DNA from: Nemertoderma westbladi
Taxonomy: Eukaryota > Animalia > Xenacoelomorpha
Assembly: GCA_032718475.1 (NCBI GenBank)
Contig: JAUCBJ010007599.1
Span: forward strand, 1-62,343
DNA: 62,343 bases
Direction of reading: 5' to 3'
The notes below the pieces were generated by a model that searched no databases, had not been told where the DNA came from, and was given only the letters and a program-made list of their open reading frames with translations. This document shows, piece by piece, positions 50,000-61,850 of the stretch. The translations under genes and the position numbers were made by a program. How positions within the stretch are numbered: position 1 is the stretch's first letter; every line of letters begins with the position of its first letter.

Positions 50000-51428
50000 T
50001 TACTCATCGTTGCCAAACTTAATGTCTGAGAGTAATGATGAAACTTTACTCGATTCCTCGGTAGCTGGAATACCATAGAGACGTTGAAGGAAGAGCCAAA
50101 TATTCTTTGAAGCAAGTTGATACTGCAGATTAGCAACATGTATCAGTTTGAACGTAAGGTCTAACGCCTGGAGTAAAGAAGACCTAACGAATCTGTATGA
50201 ATTGTATATAACAACGGATTGCTTCGTGTCAGATAAATATACTATGAATGGAGCCAATGATATTTCCATTGAAGCATATCGGTTAGACAATTCAAGAACC
50301 TGACTGTCTATTGAGGCATGATCCTCCGATGTCATAATAAAGGAATTAGACATTATTCTAGAGTTGGCCGCCATATCTTACGCTTAGAAGAGCCTGGGAG
50401 TTTCACCCACATCCTGTTACACAACTTGAATGGAAGGCCCGCAAAGGCATGTCCTACGATAGAATCCTCGGTTTTATAATGTTTCGCCATTCTGCGATGT
50501 TCTCCAGTCATTGAGTGTAATATATCAAAACACACATCTTCAAAGGAAGACTCAAAAAGGACATTCGGGGATACAGTATAAAAGTTATTGGTTTCAATAA
50601 GCTTCTTGAAGTCTATTAGGATACATTCATATAAAGTATTATCATTACAGATGTATGGGAAGTCTGACAATATAATATCACCATGATATAGACCAACGAG
50701 TCGATACTTTGAAGTTGCTATAAATTGAGGTTTAGAAAATCCACTATGTTTTAAATAATTCAGGTCATCCTCGCAATCATGATAAAGGTCGTTGGTTGTT
50801 AAACTTGATATTGGTCTTGTCTTGACTGCTGAGGAAACTCCACTCGCATTGTCACTGGAAGCATCTAACAATTTTAGTTTTCGCCGAATTGTTATCAATT
50901 TATTATGGAGCTTCCCCCCATTGATATTAGTAGTATATGATTTCTTAGTACTGGGTGCAACCCTGGTACATGATTTCTTATAGAAATATGTGGTTTTCGA
51001 TTCGTGTGGAAAAAAATTGGATTGGATATTTCTTCCGCTGCATATGAGAGATCAAACGGTGAAGGCGACGTGCCAGGGCACGCTTCAACCATATAAGAAA
51101 CAACTATAGACACCAGCGTTTGGCGATCTGTTTCACCAAGAACAGTCTTCTGAGATAATATTCGTCCTTCATTAGATTTGACAAGGCAACTCGACAGTCC
51201 TTCTGGGAACAGAGGGTGGGAACGAGAGATACCGTTAGATGTTTTAGGGCGTTTCGGATTTGGGTCTGCAGGTGCATTGGGATCAGCCACACTACTACTT
51301 CTAGACTGTTGCTCCCCTCCACTGAGCTCCCAAGCTACACTGCTGTTACCTGTCGGGGTCGGTATGTCTCCAAATACCCCTCTATCGAGACGCAATGGTA
51401 AAAGTTCACGGTCACTTTCAACATTCAT
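50000..51428 (-). pseudogene. Accessory gene of the CACTA-like element, frameshifted
   Basis: ALDLTFKLIHVANLQY....IWLFLQ C-terminal motif typical of animal CACTA companion ORFs; same strand, upstream of the transposase. Confidence 0.6.
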
Positions 51429-52319
51429 TCAACATTCGGCATCTCAGTGTGACCTGGTAGCAGGAAAGTAATGGATATGGTTAAGATGTTAGTAAAATGG
51501 CTCAATACCTGGAATAAGGCTGACAAAACCATTCGATTCTTGTTCTGCCCGCTGGTAGAATCACAAAATAGATGAACCTCCTTAACAATACAAAGATTTT
51601 CTACATCATTTAGGTACTTATACAAGACCGATGCGACTTCATTAGATCCACGTTTTCCATCACATTCTCCCCACAGAAAACATATGCCCCTCTGAGTATG
51701 GCTTTCATAAACGGTCTCATTATAATAGGCATACCTTCGAGAATATCCTACAAGCATTGAATCAGTATGTGGAGTGTTCAGTACCTTCTGTAGGACGAAA
51801 CTCGTGCAATGAAATCCTGGATCTGTTCGCTCCTGTGCAGTTGTAAAGACAACACCAACGGCCTCCTTTAACGAAATCCTGGATCTGTTCGCTCCTGTGC
51901 AGTTGTAAAGACAACACCAACGGCCTCCTTTTCTTTGTTATGAGTTTTAATCATGTCATCACTAATTTCCTTCCCTTTGTGCTGCATCCACAAATTGCAC
52001 TTGTCTTCCTTTGGCATATGGATTCCAAGGTTGAAATCTTTAAAATAAACACTCCTGAATGTTCCAAACTTAGCACCCCTTGGCTTCTCTCTCTTGTACA
52101 TCCGATACAGATTTTTCATGCTTCTAACTTCTTTGGGGAGGTACTTTCGATAATAATTTTTTCTACAATAGTGTGAAGGTAGGGCCGGCAACTCCCCAAT
52201 CCAATCCCTGACATCATTTCTTTTGGACTCAGAAATAATGTTATGTCTCCCGCCCCTTCCAATTGTTGGCGTTGTGGTGCCGCCACTTATTGATTTTTTC
52301 TTCGATATAGTACGAAGTT
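51429..52319 (-). pseudogene. Sola1-like DNA transposase, central part (interrupted by the RTE insertion)
   Basis: SHYCR, FNL..PKEDKC, W.E..GKRGSNEVAS, CDSTSGQNKN, PGHT.M; internal 58-bp duplication at 51811-51929. Confidence 0.72.
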
Positions 52320-52721
52320 CCTTTAGGTCAGGTCAGGTATTCTAGGTCATTGATCAAGAAAACTTGCCACCTCCATGCAGCATAAAGGAGGTGCCACCTG
52401 TAGATGCATAGACCCTCTTACTAGGGCAAATCTGGTCCTGTAACTAGGACCCCCTTCGTTCTGGGATAAGGACGCCCTTGGTCCTGGATTAAGGACCCAT
52501 ATACTTGGCTGCAGGGGTATATGGCCTGACCAGGCAGATGGTGATCTACCAATGGCTGGTTAGGAGTAGAGTGTTCTCATGTCCACTCTGAGGGCACTTC
52601 ACTGCAACCTGCACCTGGCAGCAAGGGTACAGGGCATGACCCAGCAGATGAGCTGCAACAGCCAATGGTGGGTCATGTACGCCAGAGTAGATATGGGTGA
52701 TGGGCCTCATATCTGACTCAA

Positions 52722-54659
52722 TTGCGACACCCACCCTGTGGAATGGCAAACCAGGGTGTGGTATTTGCCCCGAGAGCTGACTCTGCAAAAAAGCACCCCC
52801 CAACCCCCACTATGGATTACATTAGCAATGCGGAGGTCCGGCCACTAGAGGCCAGTGGAATTACCGGACACAATCGGCCTCACAGGCGTCAGTTAACTCC
52901 TGACCGGCTGCCTGTCTCACCCCCTACTGGAGAGAGAGCAGCCAACAATTCTTTGAGTCCCTTTCCTGATGACCTTTCTGGCCCAAACCCTGGGTCACCA
53001 GGGAGGCCAGATTGTGATGGGGAGAGGGATTCTGGAGTTGGAGGCTACTCTCATGTTCCACCCCGACCAACAAAGCCATTGGTGAATCTGAGGCAAGTCA
53101 CTAGACTAGCCTCAGTAAACACCCTAACACTTGGGTCCCCAATGCGACAAGGTGAGCTGACTGCCTTGGCAGATAAGCTTTCTCTTAGCGCAGTGGGTGT
53201 TCAAGAGCACCGAATGCAGACTGGACAGACTGATGAGGTTCTGATTAAGGACATGGGGGGCGGTTGGCGACTCGCCCTCGCGTCAGCAGATGATAGTGGC
53301 AATGGTGGAATTGGTCTATTGATGAATCCAACTGCACATGCAGCATTGGACAAAATAGACCAAATCTCTAACCGCATCATCCGTTGCCACTTCTCATGTT
53401 CTGGAAGACTGGCTAAGAAGTTTCCTAAGGTGGTTCTGATTGTGTGCTACTCTCCAACTAGTGTTGCCCCTGTAGAGGAGGTGGAAAATTTCTACCACAA
53501 TCTACAAGCAGCAACTGATGGAGTGGATCAGCATGCATTCTTAACATTCCTGGGAGACTTTAATGCAAGTCTGCATCAATCACCTACATCGCCCTGGGTC
53601 TATAGCAATAGTGTTAACCGAAATTCTGTCCATCTTCAGGATTTTATCTCTGGAAATGGATTGTTTTCGGCTGGAACCCAGTTCAAGAAGCGAACTGGAA
53701 AGCTATGGACTCATAGTGGACCCAGTGGTCACAAGTCCCAGATAGACCATATTCTGTTTCGTAGGAAATACAGGAGCTCTATACAAGACTGTAATGCATT
53801 TACACTTCGACCCTTCTCCAGTGATCACCGCCTTATTGTGGCCAAGGTAAGACTTAGTCTGCGTGCTAGCAGAACAACGAAATCTGCCTTGCCACGGCAT
53901 GACTGGTCCTCTCTGTTGCAACAGCCAAGTGTGAGATCCAGCTTCACACTACAGCTGAGCAACAGGTATGAGGCTCTTGCCTCTGAGGCTGCAGATCACT
54001 GTGAGGGCTATACTGCCTTTACAGAAGCAGTTAAGTTAGCAGCTGCAGAAACAGTTCCTGTATACCCTCGAAACAGGAAAAGGGCCCCCTGGACTGACAA
54101 CAAAATTCAGAAGTGCCGAAATGACCTTCATAAGGCGCAGAAAGAGTCCCGACTCAAACAGACTACAGCGGCCAAGAATGCAGTTAAAGCTGCATCTAGG
54201 TCCCTGAACAGGCAGTACTCTGTTAATCTACAGGAGCAAATAAACCAACAGGTTGATGCCATCAATGATGCTGACGACAGCAGGCAATCATCCCAGGCAT
54301 GGAAATCGATCAATCTGCTTACTGGGCGGAAAAGCCAACCAACCACCAAGGTTAAGGCTGAATCACCAGCCGATCGCCTCAATGGTTGGAAAGCCCACTT
54401 TGAAAAGCTCCTCAATAATGACAGGGTATTGCCTGATAACTTTATAGAAGTAAAAGTGTCTGAGTCTGTACTCCCAGATATTCCCATTGGCGATATCTCC
54501 TTTGCAGAAGTGAAGGCTGCTGCAAAGAGCATTAAGACCAATCGTGCCAGTGGAGTAGATGGTGTTCCCCCTGAGGTCTTTAAAATACCTGAGTGTTTAA
54601 AGCTCATCTATCCCATCATAGTAGACATGTACCGTACAACAAGAGTCCCCAAGAAATGA
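52722..54659 (+). CDS. RTE ORF, APE endonuclease part
   Basis: GVQEHR, GGIG, YSPT, LGDFNA, QIDHI, SDHRL. Confidence 0.88.
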   Translation: MRHPPCGMANQGVVFAPRADSAKKHPPTPTMDYISNAEVRPLEASGITGHNRPHRRQLTPDRLPVSPPTGERAANNSLSPFPDDLSGPNPGSPGRPDCDGERDSGVGGYSHVPPRPTKPLVNLRQVTRLASVNTLTLGSPMRQGELTALADKLSLSAVGVQEHRMQTGQTDEVLIKDMGGGWRLALASADDSGNGGIGLLMNPTAHAALDKIDQISNRIIRCHFSCSGRLAKKFPKVVLIVCYSPTSVAPVEEVENFYHNLQAATDGVDQHAFLTFLGDFNASLHQSPTSPWVYSNSVNRNSVHLQDFISGNGLFSAGTQFKKRTGKLWTHSGPSGHKSQIDHILFRRKYRSSIQDCNAFTLRPFSSDHRLIVAKVRLSLRASRTTKSALPRHDWSSLLQQPSVRSSFTLQLSNRYEALASEAADHCEGYTAFTEAVKLAAAETVPVYPRNRKRAPWTDNKIQKCRNDLHKAQKESRLKQTTAAKNAVKAASRSLNRQYSVNLQEQINQQVDAINDADDSRQSSQAWKSINLLTGRKSQPTTKVKAESPADRLNGWKAHFEKLLNNDRVLPDNFIEVKVSESVLPDIPIGDISFAEVKAAAKSIKTNRASGVDGVPPEVFKIPECLKLIYPIIVDMYRTTRVPKK

Positions 54660-56038
54660 AAACAAATAAGTTGGTGCCAGTTCCCAAGAAGGGCAACCTA
54701 ACACTCTATGGTTCTTTTCGGGGAATCTCATTGATCTCGATTGCTGCAAAACTATACAATAGAATTCTATTAAATCGCATCAGGGATCCCATTGAGAGAC
54801 TGCTACGTGGAAATCAGAATGGGTTCTGTAAAGGTCGTGGGACCATGGAGCCCATTTTGGCACTTAGAAGGATAATTGAAGAGTTATCAAAAAAGAAAGA
54901 CAGGCATCTGGCTGTTATCTTTGTTGACTTCTTCAAGGCCTTTGATTCAGTCTCTCGCTCACGTATGTTCAGCATACTTTCATTATATGGGATTCCTGAT
55001 GAAATTATTGCAGCAATCAGATCAGTATACGATGGTTCGACAACATTTGTGTCTACTGTTGACGGTGACACAGAACCATTTGAAGTGTCATGGGGCGTCC
55101 TCCAAGGAGACACACTTGCACCATTCTTGTTCATTATTGTGGTTGACTATGTTCTACGCATGTCCTTAGATCATCATAATGATGATGGGGTGATGATAAC
55201 TCCACCTACTGGCTCCAGAAGTCGAGGAAATCCTGCCAAGTACCTAACTGATCTAGACTTTGCTGATGACTTAGGAGTACTCTCAGAATCATTAGAGGGA
55301 GCCCAGCGGCTCCTCAGCTCATTAGAACATGCTGCTTCTAGTGTTGGTCTTTTTATTAACTCCAGAAAGACCAAAATTCTGACAGTTAACTTTGAAAATC
55401 CTCAGCAAGTCTCTGATCGGATGAGCATAAGCTCAAAGGATGGTATGCTTGAGCATGTGGACGACTTCTGTTACCTGGGATCATGGATCCGGAAGTCAGG
55501 TGAGGACCTTCGAATACGTAAGGGAAAGGCATGGGCAGCCTTGAATAGGCTTTCCAGGATTTGGAAGTCACCTAGAATTAATCGGAAACTTAAGGTCCGA
55601 TTATTTAGAGCAGCAGTAGTTCCAGTACTCCTCTACGGGAGTCCATGCTGGGCTCTAACTGCTGAGGACACCAAATCTCTGGATGGCACATTCACAAGAA
55701 TGCTACGCCGGGTACATTGTGTCAAGTACAATGCACACATCTCCAACCAGACACTATATAACATTGGAGGTGTCTCATTGGTTCCCCCAAGCTTGACACT
55801 AGAACAAAATCGCCTCCGCTTTGCAGGACATTGCTTTCGCTGTGAGGACCAGCCAGTGCATAATCTTGTACTTTGGCATCCTCATGGAGTGAATAAGCAT
55901 GGTGGACAGCCCATGACTTTCTTGAGACGCATCTTAAAGGACACTGGCCTTAAAGATGCGGATGATCTAGCAAATGTCATGGGTGATAGGGAGTTGTGGC
56001 GGTGCAATTTTGTTGACAAGCCGGCACAGCATTCTTAA
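54593..56038 (+). CDS. RTE ORF, reverse transcriptase part
   Basis: PKKG..FRGISL, FVDFFKAFDS, GVLQGDTLAP, FADD, YLGS, LRFAGHC. Confidence 0.92.
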   Translation: MFKAHLSHHSRHVPYNKSPQEMKTNKLVPVPKKGNLTLYGSFRGISLISIAAKLYNRILLNRIRDPIERLLRGNQNGFCKGRGTMEPILALRRIIEELSKKKDRHLAVIFVDFFKAFDSVSRSRMFSILSLYGIPDEIIAAIRSVYDGSTTFVSTVDGDTEPFEVSWGVLQGDTLAPFLFIIVVDYVLRMSLDHHNDDGVMITPPTGSRSRGNPAKYLTDLDFADDLGVLSESLEGAQRLLSSLEHAASSVGLFINSRKTKILTVNFENPQQVSDRMSISSKDGMLEHVDDFCYLGSWIRKSGEDLRIRKGKAWAALNRLSRIWKSPRINRKLKVRLFRAAVVPVLLYGSPCWALTAEDTKSLDGTFTRMLRRVHCVKYNAHISNQTLYNIGGVSLVPPSLTLEQNRLRFAGHCFRCEDQPVHNLVLWHPHGVNKHGGQPMTFLRRILKDTGLKDADDLANVMGDRELWRCNFVDKPAQHS

Positions 56039-56077
56039 AAATGCAGCTGCAATGCAGCATGCCGATCCTAGTAGTAG

Positions 56078-56450
56078 TAGTACGAAGTTGCTCGGCCGTA
56101 ACATCTAATGTGCATTCTAGAAATTTCTTGCAAACTTGTTTCCTATGGTCACCCCTCAACGCGATAGAATAGGTCATTGTCTGATTGCGAACCGGTGTAT
56201 CATTACCATTACGATGTCGTCGAACTTGAGACACTTCAACACATGATGCAAGGTATGCACGCTGATCAATTTTTGTGGGACAGGAATAGTATTCAGTGAA
56301 CACTTGTTGCCGCAAATTCTCTGGAATTTTATTGCACTGACGCAAGCACAAACTTTTGCATCAGGCGAATCTTTTTTTCAACATGAACCTTCCCCTTTGA
56401 GGAAACAAAGGATAATCCTCTCAAACGAGCATCCTTGCGGCTTCCAGTCT
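56078..56450 (-). pseudogene. Sola1-like transposase, N-terminal part
   Basis: C..C..RQQVF.EYY..Q..YL..QVCKKF..TLDV; joins 52307 in frame once the RTE and one TSD copy are removed. Confidence 0.72.
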
Positions 56451-57309
56451 CATATGGAAACTTGGACTTCATAAAAATCATATCATAAAAATATCACATA
56501 TCACAAAATCATAAAAAATGACATGCTATTCATTGGCATCCTATATGGATTACGGGATATTTCAGATGGCAGTATATAAATATAATATTGCTTGTCCACA
56601 GTACCCTCTAAAAGTGGCAGCCCGCATAGGGCCCAGGATCTCGAAAGGGTTAATTTTATAATGAACTTATGTTTAATATTTTAAGACGCAACTACGGATG
56701 ATCCCAGATCCCAATGCCCGCGACCATGTCAACAACGAGTTGGAATTACACGGAGGGAGAGGGTGGTACATCCTCAGCTGGGGGCTACCTTGGTCGATGG
56801 TGTACCTGAAGACGCCAGAGTTCATATCATGCGAGATCATTTCCATTGGAACTAAATTCTTTTCCATTGGAACTAAATTCGCATGAGGCTTAAATTGGAA
56901 CTAAGTACGGGGAATCGTAATTGCCAAGTGCCAAATTATATTTTCCAATTGGCTGCAATATATTTACTGTAAATCTAAAAGGCCATTTTATATATTTTGA
57001 TAGGGCCACTGTTAATAAATTTAACTAACTCAATCTAACATGGGTGTATTTTCCCAGGAAGGCCATTTAATATATTTTTTTTGGGTTTTAGGGCCATATC
57101 TTTGTATTTCTAATTTAGGGAATATTCTAAGGAAATCTTGATAAACCTGATAAACCTATGATAAATAAATGATAAATGATAAATCTATGTTAAACCTGAT
57201 TGATCTGGGAAGCTACATTAAGCCTGATTCTGATAGTTAAGGAAAAATCTGGAATCCCACCAAATAAAGGCCAGGCATGTTTATAATAAATCTAATTATA
57301 CATAATGAA

Positions 57310-57550
57310 TGGGAGAATCTTTTAGGCTCGTTAAGCCAAGTTCACCACGATGGATGATCATCCACAGTAAATCATTGCACTCTGTTTCCCAAGTTGCTTT
57401 GGTTCCCATTTATCGACCACTGAAGGATGAAAGCCAGCCAGTGTTGGGCTAGGCTGCAGCATTTAAAGCACTGTGCCGAAACAGTGCTGCCCCATCTAGG
57501 GATCGAACCAGAGCTTCGTAATTGGATGCCCAGGAATGTCATCACTAGAC
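57310..57550 (-). mobile_element. tRNA-derived SINE
   Basis: B box GGTTCGATCC on the minus strand followed by a CTTTCATCCTTCAGTGGTCGATAAATGG core; related to 22005-22140. Confidence 0.65.
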
Positions 57551-58343
57551 CTGTTTATACTTTATTATAATTAACATTATAATTACATTATACATTATTT
57601 ATTATATAATATTAAATATATAAAAATAAAATATAATATTACATTTATCTGATATACCCTGCAACCGGTCTATCTTTACCAAGTATGACAAGTCGAGCAA
57701 CAGCTAACCAAACCTACGTTTGTTTGGCGAATTCAGCATCAGTGCCATTGGGTGACAGTGATAGAACCCGGGTGATAGAACCCAGTCCATATCAGTTATA
57801 AGACTCAAGAACCAATAATTGTTTGGTTAGCTAGTACAATTGTAACAAATGTTTCTATATTATGGGAAATTGTGTCAAAATTTAGTTCCCAAAATGTTAA
57901 CTGGGGAGGTTTTCTTCTAAGTTTCTCCACTACCTTTCTAATTTTGTATACATTACCACCCTGAACTACCTGCCAGACATATTATGCTAAGAAGCCCAAA
58001 TCTACTGAACTCTTAGATATACTTAGAAATGGAGCGAACGAAAATGTTGACGACTTCTCACCCGAACATACTCTAGCCGTTTTATTTAGACAACTACCAG
58101 AAACCGATGTTATTCAATTAACCTCAAGTCGTGATGTGATATTAAATCTAGATAGAACTCTTTCTAGATAAAATATCTAGAAAATTCTAGAAAAGATAGA
58201 AATATCTATCATTTTTTTTTCAAAAAATACTAGCTATTAAAAAAACACACTAGCTACCATAAAAAAATATCTATTAAGGTTCTAGAACATTCACCAATAT
58301 CCAAAAAAAAACACTATAAAACAATATTATATTTTTTGTGCCG

Positions 58344-58959
58344 CTACACCACAGCAAGTAGAGCATGGCGGATAATGCTATAGAGTTTGGCATGGCCAAG
58401 GTCACTCAGGTGTATACCATCGGAGTGCATCAAGGTTCCTCCCTGCACCTGATGGCATAATGCACCTTGCATTTTAATTAGAACGCCGTTCTGGGCGTGG
58501 TCGAGCCACGCTGCCATCCGCATATTTGTGGCGACACGACGTGAATTATAATTGGGGTCCACAGACACACCTTTAGGGCGCATTGACCTTGGGAACATTT
58601 GTGTCCATAAGACACAGGAAGCACCATTGGAAGAATATTCCTGATCAATGTCTTTAATTTGGAGACAACGTAATCTGTGTCTCTCACACACAGATCGTTG
58701 CTTCCAAATACAAGTACAATGAAACAAGGTTTATTGTCCCAATTGGCCATTACCTCCTGTGCGTTATGGGATTCAAATGTTCTCCCAGACCGCAGCTTAA
58801 AGGTAACTTGGCAACTGTGGGACAGATACCAAAGTTACAATTGTGGCCGCGGTTATTGTGGCCAAGGTACCGAAAGAGATGGTCTGGGTGTGAAGACCCA
58901 ACGATTATAATGTCATGTACATGATCGACAGTACTAAAAGCTTGGACCGGTCTTGGCAT
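58344..58959 (-). pseudogene. SGNH/GDSL hydrolase, frameshifted
   Basis: Block I IIVGSSH, block III FGSNDL, block V DGIHL..G spread over three frames. Confidence 0.75.
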
Positions 58960-60511
58960 AATATAGATAGACTGAATAGAGCAAAGTAGTGGGTGAAGAT
59001 AAATGGGTGAAGTGATGATTTAATATTAAACAGTGTTCCGTTTATATAGAAAATTGTAAACCATATTGATGGTGGAGACAGTTGTTAATTCAGCGTGGGG
59101 TGGGTGGTTACGGGGTACATGTGAGGATTAGTCACCCAATCTAATAATACCATATGGTAATTATGGCTAATGTTTCTTTGTAACTACATATTGAATTTCG
59201 TCTCAGCAACTGTAGCTAGCAATTTACATTGTACACTGAAACACTTGCTGTAATATTACCTTAACAGTTCTTGTGGTAGCCTACTGGTAAATGTGGTTAT
59301 TGCTTAAAGGCTGTCAATAGGATTACCTCCCTATCTACCTCCCTCTATCTACCATACCTCCCTAATAATACCATATATGGTAATAATTCACTTCGAGCAT
59401 CGCTAAGCCTTCTAATTGGTCGTTACATTGAGTTATTCGAACTGTAGGGTACAGTGATATTCCTCTGGCTGTTATGTTGGCGGGTTGTGATTGGCTTATT
59501 GATATTGTTTTTGTAAATCAGTGATGCGTTTGTTTGGTTGAAGGGTGTTTGTTAGTAGCAGCACACTGTACATACCAACTTAATACAATATATGGTAGGT
59601 GTAATGATACCACACAGGCTAATCATTGGTTGTTAGATTATAGGTGTTTAGTCATGTTTGAGATTTTAAATAATAACTATAAGGGCACTAGACAGGTGAT
59701 AATTAATAATATGAAATAGTAATACAGTATAAAAGGCATGCCACATTTAAATTAGGCCAGTGTAATCAAATAGTCTGTAGTGTTTATCTAATTTAAAGTT
59801 TAAATTCTGATATTGTTCTGATTGTAGTATTGTGGCTTTAGCTTCATTATTGCAGTCTCCGTATTGTATTGCTTATTGCCGTTCTGCTGGAAGTATGTAC
59901 AATTGAAGTACTTCTGTAGTAAGTCAGTAAATACTGAAGTAGGCTTAATCCCTTGCGGTCTGCCGGTAATGACAATTCAAATAATAGGCCTGTTAGAGCG
60001 TTACATTGTATGCATTGGAGTTATGTTTTTAGGTAGTCGGGGGAACTTCTAGAGTTGAAATTTCTACTTCGTTTTTTTTTAATTGTATTTTTTATTAAAA
60101 TTAAACTTTTGGAATAGGGCCTACCGGTAGAGTTTAAAATTCAATGTTTTTTTCAATTGATCTTTTGGAGTAGGCCTGTCGTAGCTTTGGAGATATTGAA
60201 ATCTGGATTTGGAATCCTTACTGGTACCTGGTAGGCTTATTCCATTGTACGTATTCTCGTAGTATTTCAGCTAATTTTGAAATGCAATAAACCACGTACA
60301 TGACGATATTAGAATCATTGAGTCTTCACACCCATAGAATTGGTTTTGTTTGCGGTTATTTTTTATGATTTGGTTTGTGATTTTGTTTGTGATTTGGTGT
60401 GTGATTTGGTTTGTGATTTGGCTGTTTGGTGTGATTTCTTGTGCTTAATAGTATAATTAATTCTGTAATTGTTAATAGTGTAATCCTAATACTAATCTAA
60501 TACCCGGCTCA

Positions 60512-60743
60512 AATCAATTTGGTGCACACCACTTGGCTGCCCGATTTTTTTGGTTATAGAGCATAGAGTGACTACTGAGTGTCTGACCATGTGACTACTG
60601 ACTGTCTGAGCATATGGTTTCCCTGAAATGGAAAAGTGATCGTTTATTGTTTTGGTTAGAAAAGCCTGCGTCATTAACCTGATCCTTTTCCTCTAAATGC
60701 GCTATTTAAAAACCAAACACAAGTGGTGTGCACCAAATTGATT
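60512..60743. mobile_element. MITE-like unit with a perfect 24-bp inverted repeat
   Basis: AATCAATTTGGTGCACACCACTTG (60512-60535) and its reverse complement (60720-60743). Confidence 0.5.
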
Positions 60744-60929
60744 ATTAAGCCTACCTACTGTAGAAACATGGACCGCATACATATAAACGGACGTAACCCC
60801 ATCATAAATGTAATGAGTAATAACCCACGACGAGGTCGTATGAGTCGGCGCGGACGTCGAGGGCGGCAATACCGCCCATATATTGACCTCTCAGACGTCC
60901 GCGCCCCTGTTGTACCCATCGCATACACA

Positions 60930-61220
60930 AGCGCAGAGTATTGGAGAAGGTGGGTTGAGGAATACCTACCCACGCTTCACAAAAGAAGTAAGTGGAGGAA
61001 GTCAAATAGGGAGTTAAGAGAGGGAGATCTCGTGATCGTCACGGATGATACTATCATCAACAACCAGTGGCGGTTGGCGAGAGTGGTAGGCACGTACTCC
61101 GATGAGGACGGAAGAGTCCGATCGCTAGAAGTGCGGATAGGTGGCAAGATAGGTGCGAAAGACAGAAAAACCTACAGGAAAGCTGTAGGGAAATGCTGTC
61201 TATTAGAAGGAGCACCTTAA
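60930..61220 (+). pseudogene. BEL/Pao integrase C-terminal domain
   Basis: YWRRW..EYLPTL..RSKW..L.EGDLV..W.LARV..DGRVRS. Confidence 0.9.
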
Positions 61221-61329
61221 TGTAGAGTGTAGAGTATAGGGGTGAGAGGTGTTTAGTCGTCCAAGTTTTGGACTGAGGGGGGTGGGATTGAGGGCAAGAC
61301 GCCCTTCCCACACATAAAATAAAATAAAA

Positions 61330-61850
61330 ATAATTAGTTAGTTAGTTAGTTAGAAGGTACGTAGTACCGAGATGAGAGTCAGTTAGTTAGTTAGTTAGTT
61401 AGAAGGTAGGTAGTACCGAGAGTGAGAGTTAGTTAGTTAGAGTAGTTAGAGGGTACGTAGTACCGTTAGTTAGTGAAGTTAGAGTAGTTAGAGGGTACGT
61501 AGTACCGTTAGTTAGTGGAGTTACAGTAGTTAGAGGGTACGTAGTACCGTTAGTTAGAAAGAGAGTAAGAGTTAGAGGGTACGTAGTACCGTTAGTTAGT
61601 GGAGTTAGAGTAGTTAGAGGGTACGTAGTACCGTTAGTTAGAAAGAGAGTAAGAGTTAGAGGGTACGTAGAACCGTTAGTTAGAAAGAGAGTAAGAGTTA
61701 GAGGGTACGTAGTACCGTTAGTTAGAGAGAGAGTAAGAGTTAGATGGTACGTAGTACCGTTAGTTAGAGAGAGAGTAAGAGTTAGAGGGTACGTAGTACC
61801 GTTAGTTAGAGAGAGTAAGAGTTAGTAAGAAAGTACGTAGCGCTAGTTGG
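61330..61850 (+). repeat. Tandem array (about 12 units, about 42 bp) with core GAGGGTACGTAGTACCGTTAG
   Basis: Direct reading. Confidence 0.93.

Larger units (their letters stand above)
52320..56077 (+). mobile_element. Near full-length RTE-group LINE with 12-bp TSD and (TAG)n tail
   Basis: TAGTACGAAGTT at 52308-52319 and 56078-56089; single APE-RT ORF with one frameshift. Confidence 0.93.

Noticed and set aside
57480-57550. tRNA gene
   Set aside because: B box only, no cloverleaf; continues into a SINE core
61330-61850. Telomeric TTAGG/TTAGGG repeats
   Set aside because: Units are TTAG/GTTAG within 42-bp repeats inside an LTR element, not telomere tracts
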